A stretch of 64,000 bases of DNA from a virus (Duplodnaviria > Caudoviricetes). The stretch lies in the IMG/VR virus record IMGVR_UViG_3300042539_001740; one strand, written 5' to 3'. A program made the translations under genes and the position numbers. This document shows positions 10,208-20,900 of the stretch, one piece after another. Under the pieces are notes generated by a model, which was not told where the DNA came from, did no database searches, and saw only the letters and a list, made by a program, of their open reading frames with translations. Each line of letters begins with the position of its first letter. Within the stretch, counting starts at the first letter, position 1.

Positions 10208-10660
10208 ATGAGAGAGCAAGACATTACCAAATTGGAGTTCTTAATGATGGTTAACGACAACATCATAGTTCAAAGATACTTCAATGTTAGAGATTACAAT
10301 CCTGATGCAAGAAATTCAGTTGATTTCAAAGAGTATATGGATGATTTAATCCATAACTTGAATTATCAACTTAAGATGAAAGCTGTGAGTTATTTGTTGG
10401 AGAATCAATATGATATCACAAACAAACCTGACATCCTTAATACCTCCTATGTAGATGGCCCTGAGTACTTTAACATTTATTTAAAACAAGGGGACAAGTT
10501 ACTTTGTCATAGAAGATTTGACGCTAAAATCTACCCTCCAAAGATTAGATACACAGTTGACATCAGACAAACAATCAAAGGAATTTTATCAGAATTAACT
10601 AGTTTATTTTCAGCAAGAGACCTTTCTTTTGATTATCTTGGACTTAATACAAGAGTGTAA
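10208..10660 (+). CDS. Hypothetical protein between the exonuclease and helicase
   Basis: Clean 150-aa ORF with no motif I recognise. Confidence 0.75.
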   Translation: MREQDITKLEFLMMVNDNIIVQRYFNVRDYNPDARNSVDFKEYMDDLIHNLNYQLKMKAVSYLLENQYDITNKPDILNTSYVDGPEYFNIYLKQGDKLLCHRRFDAKIYPPKIRYTVDIRQTIKGILSELTSLFSARDLSFDYLGLNTRV

Positions 10661-10687
10661 TATTTATTCATACAACAAATTTAAACT

Positions 10688-12067
10688 ATGTCATCTAACA
10701 AAAATTTTGATTATTTAGGGAGCTCATTTCAGATACAACTACTTAATCAAATTGTGGTAGATAGTACCTTTTCAAGGTCAATAATTGATGTAATAGAACC
10801 TAATTATTTCGAAAACAAATACTTCAAACTCATCATACAGATGATTAAAGAGTATAATCAAAAGTGGGACTCAGTGCCCACTTTTGACACATTGGAACAA
10901 ATCACAAAATCTGAGTTTCAACAAGAACAAATTGCTAAAGTAGTAATTGACACACTTAAGAAAATTAAGGATGCACCTATCTCTGGTGGGGATTTCGTTC
11001 AAGAGAAAGCGTTAAAGTTCTGTAAACAACAAGAGTTACAAAAGGCTATCACAAAAGCACAAAAAGTAATTGATGGGGGTGAGTTCGAAAACTACGATAC
11101 CCTTGAGGAAATGATTAGAGATGCCCTACAAGTGGGTATCAATGAAAACGGAATGTTGAGTGTATTCTCAAACTTGGATGATGTACTAAACGAAGATTTT
11201 AGACACCCAATTCCTATGGGTATTGGTGGTATCGATAGATTATTAAAAGGTGGTTTAGCTAAGGGTGAGATTGGTGTTGTGTTAGCACCAACAGGTGTGG
11301 GTAAATCAACATTCTTGACCAAGATTGCCAACCACGGATTTAACTTGGGTTATAATATTCTTCAAATATTTTTTGAAGATAATCCCAAGGTTATTCAAAG
11401 AAAACATTTTACATTGTGGACTAAAATCCATCCAGATGATATGTCTAATAAGAAGGAAGAAGTAATGACAAGAGTTAAGGAGATTGAACAAAAAATGGAA
11501 AATCAACTTATCTTGGAAAAACTTCCCTCTGATACAATGACAATGACACAAATCAAAAATCTTGTAAGAAAAAAGATTGCTGATGGATGTAAAATTGATA
11601 TGATTTTATTAGATTACATCGATTGTGTTGTACCTGAGAAAAACTTGGGTGATGAATGGAAATCGGAGGGTTCAGTTATGAGAGCATTTGAAGCAATGTG
11701 TCACGAATTGAACTTGGTAGGATGGACAGCAACACAAGGTAATAGAAGTTCTATTTCTGCTGAAGTTGTAACAACAGACCAAATGGGTGGTTCTATTAAG
11801 AAAGCTCAGGTGGGTCATGTGATTATATCAGTGGCAAAAACATTACAACAAAAAGAAATGAAGTTAGCAACAATTGCGATTACAAAATCAAGAATTGGTG
11901 ATGATGGTATTATCTTTGAAAATTGTAAGTTTGATAATGGGATGTTGGACATCGATACAGAATCTTCGGTAACATTCTTGGGACACGAAGAACAAAAAGA
12001 AGAAAACAATAGACAAAGAATTAAAGATTTATTAGAAAAAAGAAAACAAAGAGAAAACACAAATTAA
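10688..12067 (+). CDS. dnaB: Replicative DnaB/gp41-like helicase
   Basis: Walker [25 protein letters not shown] and GSIKKAQ motifs. Confidence 0.92.
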   Translation: MSSNKNFDYLGSSFQIQLLNQIVVDSTFSRSIIDVIEPNYFENKYFKLIIQMIKEYNQKWDSVPTFDTLEQITKSEFQQEQIAKVVIDTLKKIKDAPISGGDFVQEKALKFCKQQELQKAITKAQKVIDGGEFENYDTLEEMIRDALQVGINENGMLSVFSNLDDVLNEDFRHPIPMGIGGIDRLLKGGLAKGEIGVVLAPTGVGKSTFLTKIANHGFNLGYNILQIFFEDNPKVIQRKHFTLWTKIHPDDMSNKKEEVMTRVKEIEQKMENQLILEKLPSDTMTMTQIKNLVRKKIADGCKIDMILLDYIDCVVPEKNLGDEWKSEGSVMRAFEAMCHELNLVGWTATQGNRSSISAEVVTTDQMGGSIKKAQVGHVIISVAKTLQQKEMKLATIAITKSRIGDDGIIFENCKFDNGMLDIDTESSVTFLGHEEQKEENNRQRIKDLLEKRKQRENTN

Positions 12068-12069
12068 TT

Positions 12070-13020
12070 ATGACAGAAAAAATATTAACAGAAAATCCCA
12101 ATCGTTTTGTGATTTTCCCAATCCAATACCACGACATTTGGGAATACTACAAACAACATCAGGCTGCGTTTTGGACAGCTGAAGAAGTTGATTTAAGTGG
12201 AGACATTAGGGATTGGCAGAACTTATCAGAGAATGAACAATACTTTGTTAAAAATGTATTATCATTCTTTGCAGCATCTGATGGGATTGTCAATGAGAAC
12301 TTGGCTGAAAACTTTTATAGAGAAGTGCAATATCCTGAAGCAAAATTTTTCTATGGATTTCAATTGATGATGGAAAATATCCATTCACTAATGTATTCTT
12401 TGTTAATTGATACTTATATATCCAATCCTGAAGAAAAAGATGAATGTTTCAATGCAATCGATAGATTACCCGCAGTTCAGAAGAAAGCCAAGTGGGCATT
12501 AAATTGGATTGAAAAAGCATCCTTCCAAGAAAGATTGGTAGCTTTTGCTGCGGTAGAAGGTATATTCTTTTCAGGTTCATTCTGTTCTATCTTTTGGTTG
12601 AAATCAAGAGGAATTATGCAAGGACTTTGTAATGCTAACTCCTTGATTTTCAAAGATGAAAACCTACATTGTGATTTCGCAATTCACTTATTGAACAACC
12701 ATATTGAAAACAAACCAAGTGAAAAAAGAATAAAAGAAATATTACTTTCAGCATTGGAAATTGAAAAAGAGTTTATTACAGAATCACTACCAGTATCTTT
12801 AATCGGTATGAACTCCAATCTTATGAAACAATATTTGGAGTTTGTTGTTGATGGTTTACTGGTTAAGTTGGGATGTAGTAAACATTTCAATGTAGAACAA
12901 CCATTCAAGTTTATGGAACAAATTGCCGTTGAAACAAAAGGTAACTTCTTTGAATCAAGAACGGTTGAGTATCAAAAAGCAAAACTTAACGAAACAATTT
13001 CATTCACAGACGATTTTTAA
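12070..13020 (+). CDS. nrdB: Ribonucleotide reductase class Ia beta subunit
   Basis: [25 protein letters not shown] (radical Tyr retained), VEGIFF and KDENLH motifs. Confidence 0.97.
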   Translation: MTEKILTENPNRFVIFPIQYHDIWEYYKQHQAAFWTAEEVDLSGDIRDWQNLSENEQYFVKNVLSFFAASDGIVNENLAENFYREVQYPEAKFFYGFQLMMENIHSLMYSLLIDTYISNPEEKDECFNAIDRLPAVQKKAKWALNWIEKASFQERLVAFAAVEGIFFSGSFCSIFWLKSRGIMQGLCNANSLIFKDENLHCDFAIHLLNNHIENKPSEKRIKEILLSALEIEKEFITESLPVSLIGMNSNLMKQYLEFVVDGLLVKLGCSKHFNVEQPFKFMEQIAVETKGNFFESRTVEYQKAKLNETISFTDDF

Positions 13021-13029
13021 AATTAAACT

Positions 13030-15447
13030 ATGTCATTAAGAATTCAAAAAAGGGATGGGGATGTTGTATCCTTTAACCCCACCAAAATACAAAACAGAAT
13101 AAAAAAAGCGAGTAAGAACTTAAATGTAAACTCTGACCAGATTTTTATTAAGGTTATTACTTCCGTACCAACAGAAGGTGTCATATCAACAAAACAACTT
13201 GATAAGTTGATTTATGAAATTGCTGCATCATATACAGGTAGCCACCACGATTATTCGAGGTTGGCATCTTCTGTTGCAATATCTTCATATCACAAAGAAA
13301 CAAATGAGAGTTTTAGTGAAACAATGAAGTCGTTGGCCGACCTTGGTATTGTAAATCAAGAGTTAATCAATATGATTGATTCCTATGGTGATTTAAATAT
13401 TGATGAAGTAATCAATCACGAAAACGATTATAACTTTGATTACTTTGCTTGGCGTTCCTTATTTGAAATGTATTTGTTAAAAACACCTGAAGGTGTAACT
13501 GTGGAAAGACCCCAACATATGTATATGAGGGTTGCACTATGGGTAACAAAATCATTTGATGAAGCTGTAGAATACTACAAGTCATTATCAAATCAATTAA
13601 TATCCCCTGCAACACCAATTATGATTAATGCGGGTACAAAGATTCCTCAATTGGCATCTTGTGTTCTACATTATAACAATGATGACTCAAGAGAGGGATT
13701 GTTGGCCACGATGAATGACATTTCTACTTATTCTGCCGATGCTGCAGGTATTGGGCTTTGTATGTCAAATATTAGAAGTAAGGAGAGTAGATTAAGCACA
13801 TCTGGTGGTTTTGCTGGAGGTTTGTTAAAATATCTTAAAATAGCAAATGAATCATTAAGATTCTTTAACCAACAAGGTAGAAGACCAGGTTCTGCCGCAA
13901 TTTATCTTGAACCTTGGCATAAAGATATCTTTGACTTGTTGGACATTAAAAAGAATACAGGTGCAGAAGAACTAAGAGCAAGGGATTTGTTCACAGCTTT
14001 GTGGATTCCTGATAATTTTATGAGAGCCGTAAAAGAGGGTGGTGATTGGTATTTGTTCTGTCCTAATGATATTAAGAAAGCTGGTTTAAAACCATTACAA
14101 GAATGTTTTGGTACAGAATACGAAAGTGTTTATGAACAAGCGGTAAATCTAGGTTTAGGTAAAAAAGTAAAAGCAACAGATGTTTGGACTAAGGTAATTG
14201 AATCTCAAATTGAGACTGGTGTACCTTACCTTTGTTCTAAAGATAATGCTAACAACAAAACTAATCATCAGAACATTGGGGTTATTAAACAATCAAATCT
14301 TTGTAACGAGATTTACCAATTTACTGACGAGAAAACTACAGCAATATGTACACTATCTTCAATGGTATTGAAAAACTTTGTAAAAGATGGTGAGTTTGAT
14401 TTTCAACTTCTTTATGAAGAAACAAGAAAGGTTGTAAGAGCTTTAAACAAAGTTGTTGATATTAATAACTACTCAACAGCAAAAGGTGAAAAAGGTGGTA
14501 GAGAACAAAGAGCTATTGCTATAGGAACTCAAGGTTTAGCTGATGTGTTTTATCTTATGGATTATGAGTTTACTTCACCTGAAGCAAAAAAATTAAACAA
14601 AGAAATTTTTGAAACAATTTATTTTGCTGCAATCACCGAAAGTAATAGGTTGGTAATTGATGGTGATTATAGTAAATATGTCCATTTTGATGGTTCACCA
14701 ATGTCACAAGGTCAATTCCAATTTGATATGTGGGGATTAACAGAATCTGATTTATCAGGTAGATGGCCTTGGGAAGTATTAAAGTCAAATGTTAAACAAT
14801 ATGGTATTTGTAATTCATTGTTTACTGCTCAAATGCCTGTAGCAAGTTCTGCTAAGATTACTGGTTCATATGAAATGACAGAACCCGCTCACTCAGCAAT
14901 CTTCAACAGACGAGTAGTTGGTGGTGAAATCATGATTGTAAATAAGTATCTTATTAATGACTTTGAGAAACTTGGTATTTGGGGTGAAGATTTGAAAAAT
15001 GAAATTATATACAATGAAGGCTCAATTCAAAATATTAATTTCAACAACTACTTAGACCCCGAAGACAAAAAGTATAATCAAAAAGTTAAAAGAATTGAAC
15101 ACTTGATTAAGAAGTACAAAACGATTTGGGAAATATCACAAAGAGAATTAATTGATATGGCGGCAGATAGAGGACCTTTTATTGACCAATCACAATCAAT
15201 GAATATCTATATGGGTAATCCTACTTTATCGAAGATTACTTCATCACATTTCCACGCATGGCAAAAAGGTTTAAAAACACTTTGTTATTATGTGAGAACA
15301 AAGGCAATATCAACAGGAGCAAAACATTTGGCTATGGATATATCCAAGATGGATAAACCAAAAGTAACACCAACCTTACCTCATATTGAACCTGTTACAA
15401 ACAAACCAACGGATTCACCTTTTGATTGTTTTGGATGTTCATCTTAA
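13030..15447 (+). CDS. nrdA: Ribonucleotide reductase class Ia alpha subunit with ATP cone
   Basis: N-terminal IQKRDG ATP cone, ATPIMINAG, LASC, SNLCNEI and C-terminal CFGC. Confidence 0.97.
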   Translation: MSLRIQKRDGDVVSFNPTKIQNRIKKASKNLNVNSDQIFIKVITSVPTEGVISTKQLDKLIYEIAASYTGSHHDYSRLASSVAISSYHKETNESFSETMKSLADLGIVNQELINMIDSYGDLNIDEVINHENDYNFDYFAWRSLFEMYLLKTPEGVTVERPQHMYMRVALWVTKSFDEAVEYYKSLSNQLISPATPIMINAGTKIPQLASCVLHYNNDDSREGLLATMNDISTYSADAAGIGLCMSNIRSKESRLSTSGGFAGGLLKYLKIANESLRFFNQQGRRPGSAAIYLEPWHKDIFDLLDIKKNTGAEELRARDLFTALWIPDNFMRAVKEGGDWYLFCPNDIKKAGLKPLQECFGTEYESVYEQAVNLGLGKKVKATDVWTKVIESQIETGVPYLCSKDNANNKTNHQNIGVIKQSNLCNEIYQFTDEKTTAICTLSSMVLKNFVKDGEFDFQLLYEETRKVVRALNKVVDINNYSTAKGEKGGREQRAIAIGTQGLADVFYLMDYEFTSPEAKKLNKEIFETIYFAAITESNRLVIDGDYSKYVHFDGSPMSQGQFQFDMWGLTESDLSGRWPWEVLKSNVKQYGICNSLFTAQMPVASSAKITGSYEMTEPAHSAIFNRRVVGGEIMIVNKYLINDFEKLGIWGEDLKNEIIYNEGSIQNINFNNYLDPEDKKYNQKVKRIEHLIKKYKTIWEISQRELIDMAADRGPFIDQSQSMNIYMGNPTLSKITSSHFHAWQKGLKTLCYYVRTKAISTGAKHLAMDISKMDKPKVTPTLPHIEPVTNKPTDSPFDCFGCSS

Positions 15448-15452
15448 AAATA

Positions 15453-15487
15453 AGAATCACGACTTAAGGTCGTGATTTTTTGTTTTA
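15453..15487 (+). terminator. Rho-independent terminator after nrdA
   Basis: Stem aatcacgac / gtcgtgatt followed by a T run. Confidence 0.85.
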
Positions 15488-15490
15488 TGG

Positions 15491-15523
15491 TATTTATAGA
15501 AAAAATATAGGGTATATATTTAT
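15491..15523 (+). promoter_or_regulatory. Two TATTTAT motifs upstream of the baseplate operon
   Basis: TATTTAT at 15491-15497 and 15517-15523, just after the terminator; ATG at 15528. Confidence 0.6.
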
Positions 15524-15527
15524 TGTT

Positions 15528-15986
15528 ATGGCAAATGGTTTTACATATGGTATAAATTTCCCATTCAAGGATTCTTATGAAGGAAATTACTTAAGTTTAT
15601 CTCAAACAACTGAACAAGAAATCAGAAGTAATTTAATTCATTTATTGTTAACTAGAAAAGGTACAAGATATTATTTACCTGACTTTGGAACAAGATTATA
15701 TGAGTATCTATTCGAACCTTTGGATGGTCCTACTTTTTCTGATTTAGAATCAGAAATTAGAGATTCTGTTGCGGAATTCATACCTGGTATAACAATAACA
15801 AATGTGACTATAACACCTGCCTCGGAGGGTGAAGAAGATAAAGGATACTACATAAATGAAGATAACCAAAGAGAGTTTAGAGTACCAGGTATTGGACAAA
15901 TGGAACACACAGCAAAAATAAAAATTGACTACATATCAACTGATACTGCTTTTGAAAGTAGTGACTTTGTAATTATTAATATATAA
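15528..15986 (+). CDS. T4 gp25-like baseplate wedge subunit
   Basis: YGINFPF...IRSNLIHLLLTRKGTRYYLPDFGTRLYEYLFEP. The start is probably the ATG at 15528 rather than 15480. Confidence 0.9.
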   Translation: MANGFTYGINFPFKDSYEGNYLSLSQTTEQEIRSNLIHLLLTRKGTRYYLPDFGTRLYEYLFEPLDGPTFSDLESEIRDSVAEFIPGITITNVTITPASEGEEDKGYYINEDNQREFRVPGIGQMEHTAKIKIDYISTDTAFESSDFVIINI

Positions 15987-15990
15987 TTCT

Positions 15991-17829
15991 ATGGCTAACA
16001 AAAAAATATCATATACAACCAGAGATTTCCAATCCATAAGAACGGAACTTATTAATTTTACAAGAACATATTACCCAGACCTAATTGATAATTTCAATGA
16101 TGCCTCAATATTTTCGGCTCTATTGGATTTAAATGCTGCGGTTTCAGATAACTTACAATACAATATAGATAGAAGTGTACAAGAAACCGTACTACAATAT
16201 GCACAACAAAGGTCTTCCATTTTTAATATAGCAAGAACTTATGGACTGAAAGTACCTGGTCAAAGACCTTCTGTGGCATTGGTTGATTTCTCAATAACAG
16301 TGCCTGTTTATGGTGATACTGAGGACTTAAGATATTGTGGTATTTTAAGGAGAGGGTCTCAGGTTAATGGGGCTGGTCAAGTTTTTGAAACTGTGAGTGA
16401 TATTGATTTTGCTTCGCCAATAAGTTCGGATGGTGTTCCAAATAGATTAAAAATACCAAATTTTGATTCTAATAATAGATTATTAAACTACACCATAGTA
16501 AAACGAGAAACTGTAGTAAATGGTACTACAAAGGTATTCAAGAGAGTTATTACCGCAAATGACATAAAACCTTTTTTTGAGTTGTTTTTACCCGAAAGAA
16601 ACGTTTTAGGTGTAACGAGTGTTTTACTTAAAGATGGTACTCAATATGCAAATGTCCCTACAGCTGAAGAATTTTTAGGTTTAGAAAATAGATGGTATGA
16701 AGTTAAAGCATTGGTTGAAGATAGGGTATTCATCGAAGACCCAACCAAAGTATCTGACAATCCTGGTATTAAGGTAGGAAAATATGTTCAAACAAATACA
16801 AAATTTATATCAGAATTTACACCTGAGGGTTTCTGTAAATTAACTTTTGGTGGTGGTAGTCAATCAGCAGACGAACAATTAAGAGAATTTGCTAGAAATG
16901 GTTTTGAATTAAACTTATACAAATATTCAAACAACTTTGCTTTAGGTAGTACATTGAAAGCTAATAGTACACTATTCATTCAATATAGAATAGGTGGAGG
17001 TACTGGAAGTAATTTAGGTGTAAACGTAATTACTCAGATAGGTACAATAAACTTTAATGTCAACGGACCTTCAACTTCGGTAAATACAAGTGTAATTAAT
17101 TCTTTGTCTTGTACAAATGTCACTGCAGCAATTGGAGGAGCACCAGCACCAACTACCGAAGAAGTAAGAAATTTAGTGACATTCAACTTTTCAGCACAAA
17201 ACAGAGCTGTTACAATTAATGATTATGAATCATTAATAAGAACAATGCCTTCACAATTTGGAGCACCAGCCAAGGTTACAATCACAGAGGAGAACAATAA
17301 AATTAAAATTAAAATGTTGTCTTATGATGAAACTGGTAGATTGACTGAGGTGGTTTCAAACACACTCAAAAATAACGTAGCTAATTACTTATCGAATTAT
17401 AGAATGATTAATGACTACATTTCTATCGAAACTGCGAATGTAATCGACTTAGCATTTACGATAGATGTTGTTTTAGATAATAGTCAGAATCAAGGTGCCG
17501 TAATAACTCAAATAGTTGATAATGTAACTAATTTTATGTCACCTTCAGTTAGAAACTTAGGTGAAAATGTTAATATATCAGAATTAAGAAGAATATTACA
17601 ATCACAGAATGGTGTAATAACTCTATCAAACATATCGGTGTTTAATAAAGTAGGTGGTGAATATTCATCATCTCAAACATCACAAAGGTATTCAGATAGT
17701 GAAACTAAACAGATTGAATTAATAGATGACACAATTTTTGCAGAACCTAGTCAAACTTATCAAGTAAGATATCCTGGTAAAGATATTAGTGTGCGTGTTA
17801 AGAATTTGAGTACGGTCAATTTTTCGTAA
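15991..17829 (+). CDS. T4 gp6 / baseplate J-like wedge protein
   Basis: YTTRDFQSIRTEL N-terminus, YRIGGGTGSN and AQNRAVTINDYE motifs; follows gp25. Confidence 0.88.
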   Translation: MANKKISYTTRDFQSIRTELINFTRTYYPDLIDNFNDASIFSALLDLNAAVSDNLQYNIDRSVQETVLQYAQQRSSIFNIARTYGLKVPGQRPSVALVDFSITVPVYGDTEDLRYCGILRRGSQVNGAGQVFETVSDIDFASPISSDGVPNRLKIPNFDSNNRLLNYTIVKRETVVNGTTKVFKRVITANDIKPFFELFLPERNVLGVTSVLLKDGTQYANVPTAEEFLGLENRWYEVKALVEDRVFIEDPTKVSDNPGIKVGKYVQTNTKFISEFTPEGFCKLTFGGGSQSADEQLREFARNGFELNLYKYSNNFALGSTLKANSTLFIQYRIGGGTGSNLGVNVITQIGTINFNVNGPSTSVNTSVINSLSCTNVTAAIGGAPAPTTEEVRNLVTFNFSAQNRAVTINDYESLIRTMPSQFGAPAKVTITEENNKIKIKMLSYDETGRLTEVVSNTLKNNVANYLSNYRMINDYISIETANVIDLAFTIDVVLDNSQNQGAVITQIVDNVTNFMSPSVRNLGENVNISELRRILQSQNGVITLSNISVFNKVGGEYSSSQTSQRYSDSETKQIELIDDTIFAEPSQTYQVRYPGKDISVRVKNLSTVNFS

Positions 17830-17902
17830 AGATTTATTTTGAATTGTATTGAATTATCTTTTTGAAATGAACGTATAAACTATTTATTTCAAAAGATAAT
17901 TA

Positions 17903-20900
17903 ATGTCTCAATCATATAGAATAAGAACCGAAGTCGGTAAGGATAAGTACGTAAATGTACTATTAGAACAAGATTTCGAACAATTAGAAATCCTTTCATT
18001 AAAGATTCTTCAAAGTCAAATTTACACTAGATTATGTTCAGATTATGGTGTTGTTGCTGGAAGAATTACCGCTAATTCAGGGTTCGGTTTACCAAATTGT
18101 AAAGTGTCTATTTTCATCCCTCTATCCAATGAGGATGAAAACAATCCTATTATATCTGATTTATATCCCTATAAACTTTTAAGTGATACTAATGAAGATG
18201 GTTATAGATATAATCTATTACCTTATGTTAAATCACATAGTGGACATAACCCGACTGGTTCTTTTCCTGACAGAATAGATGTACTTACAGACCCAAATTT
18301 AATAGAAGTTTACGACAAATATTATAAATTTACGGTAAAAACAAATGATAGTGGGGACTTTTTAATATTTGGTGTTCCATTAGGTACTCAAACAATTCAC
18401 GTTGATATTGACTTATCTGATATTGGTGAGTTTTCATTATCACCCCAAGATTTAATTAGATTGGGTGTTGCGACCGAATCTCAAGTTGCTGGTACAGAAT
18501 TCAGAACATCGACCGACCTAAATACATTACCACAAATAATAACACTTAATAGAACAATTAATGTTGAGCCATTGTGGGGTCAACCTGAAGTTTGTACTAT
18601 TGGAATTACAAGAACTGATTTCGATATTACAGAGGAATCAGGTATAGAAATTACGCCAACAGCAATTTTTATGGGTAGTATTTTCTCAAATGGTAACGAC
18701 CAATTTCAAACTCAGAGATGCAGACCAAAATTAAGAAGTGGTGATTTGTGTAACTTAGTTGCAGGCCCTGGTGAAATATTAGCAATTAGACAAACAATAT
18801 TTAATGATGATACAGGAAGACCTGTTTTAGAAACTTTCCCTTTGGAATCAGGAGGTCAAGTTATTGACGATAATGGTGCTTGGTTGGTTGACGTACCTAT
18901 GAATTTAGATTATGTCACAACTAATGAGTTTGGTGAAAGAGTAATTTCTAATGACCCAAAAGTTGGTATTCCGACAAGAGGAAAATATCGATTTAAAATT
19001 AAATGGAATCAATCACCTACTTTGTCTGAGGACATAAAAAGAGGTTATTTCTTAGTTCCAAATGTTAGAGAATATGGTTGGGAAGTAAATGTGGACAAAG
19101 ACCCCTTAGTTATACAAGATTGGATAACTAACCCATTATCAATACCACCAACTATTGACCCAAACTTTTATCCAAACAATGAATTAGCAAAAAAATCGTA
19201 TTCCTTTAGTTTAGATTGGAATGATTATGTTGACCCTCAAACTGCAATTAATTGCGAAGATACATTTTATTTAATGTCTTTTAACAAAGTTTACACTGTA
19301 TCACAACTAATTGACCAATATAGAAGGGGATTTTTACCGAATGAATTCGTTGGAATAAAAAATAATTTAGATGATGCGTGTGAAAGTGATAACGTAAAGT
19401 TTCCAAACAATGATGCAAATTATAGATTTGATTTATTGTATTTGTTAGCACTTGTGGCTATGTTTATTTTTAAACCAATTTTATTTGGTTTAGTTCCTAT
19501 AATTCATATTGTTGCTGCTTTGGTTGCAATTTTAGGGTTCGTATTTGGAATTATTGTTGGGGTTATTTTATATATCGTTTTACCAATATGTTATGTTATT
19601 GCGGGAATTGTCGCTTTTTTGAATTGGTTAGGTGCTGGTTTGGAACCTATTGATTGTATTGACCCTGAAGAGATTAATCAAATTATGGACGATATGTTCA
19701 ATTTGTATAAAAAAATATTGAATATAAATTTACCATTGTTAGTTTATCCCAATTGTGAATTGTGTTCTTGTGAACCAGGAGGTGAGTTAAGTACCCCACC
19801 ATCAAGTGTTCAATCCTCAGGTAATTATGTCGCAGCAGCCACAGAAACGGGTGGAAATGGTATTTTATCAACATATATGTTACCTACCCAATATGATGTC
19901 AAAGATGTTGATGTTCAGTTTAGAAGTGGTATACAAGCTTTATTGGCTGGTGCTGCATATACTCGTGATGAACCATCAGGTAAGGCAAGAGTCCCCCAAT
20001 TTTCAAGTTTTGGAACAGATACTACTTGTCCTTCTGTAAGTACACCTGAAGACCCAACAAAAATAGTTTTATTTACTAACAACCTCACTTTAGCGGAAAG
20101 AATTAATTTATTTAACGTAAAAGCTAAATATTTCGATGAGAATCAAATAACAAATCCTGGTGGAGGTGTAAACAGAATTAAAGTAACTTTCAACACACCA
20201 AATAATAATCCACTTACAAAATTCCATTTGGATAATATGTTAGTAATTTCTTGTAAAGAAAATACTTTATCAAATTTTCCAGTTGGTCAAATTATTACGT
20301 TCCAAGACCCGAACTTAAGTTCGGATATAAATATTAATGGTTTTACACAATTAAATCAATATGGAACTGGTGCTGTAACTGGTTCAACATATCGTCAACA
20401 ACCTATAGAAAATGTACAATTATCATATGCAAATCCAAATGGTAATGGTTCTATCTCAGTGTTAGGGGGTTATGACTTATTTTTCTCAGGAGACCCACAA
20501 TTCCATAAGTTTCCTATGGATATTGAGTATTTCCAAGTAATTACAGCTATGACCTATTCAAATTATACTGGTCAATGTCAGTCAGCAAGTTTAAGTAATA
20601 ATAAAACATTACCACATCGTACTTTAGGTAATGATACATTGTTAAGAGAGGTAAATGGTGTTTACTCTTATAGTTATTATCCACCATCACCACCACATCA
20701 ACAGTTCCCGCCAGCAAGATTATACAATCCTATGAAATTGTATAAAAAAAATACTGAACAAGTTATTGTTTTTCTTGTAAGAGGTGTTGACCCATATTCA
20801 ACCAGACAACCTTGTGAATATGATTTGAGTAGATTGTTCGGATATGACTTGGATGTTAACGGACTACCACAAGGTAACGTTATAGTTAGAGGTAATTATA

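Noticed and set aside
7189-15447. Inteins or group I introns in recA, dnaB, nrdB or nrdA
   Set aside because: Lengths are normal, motifs are contiguous, and there are no C...HN intein ends or interrupted frames.
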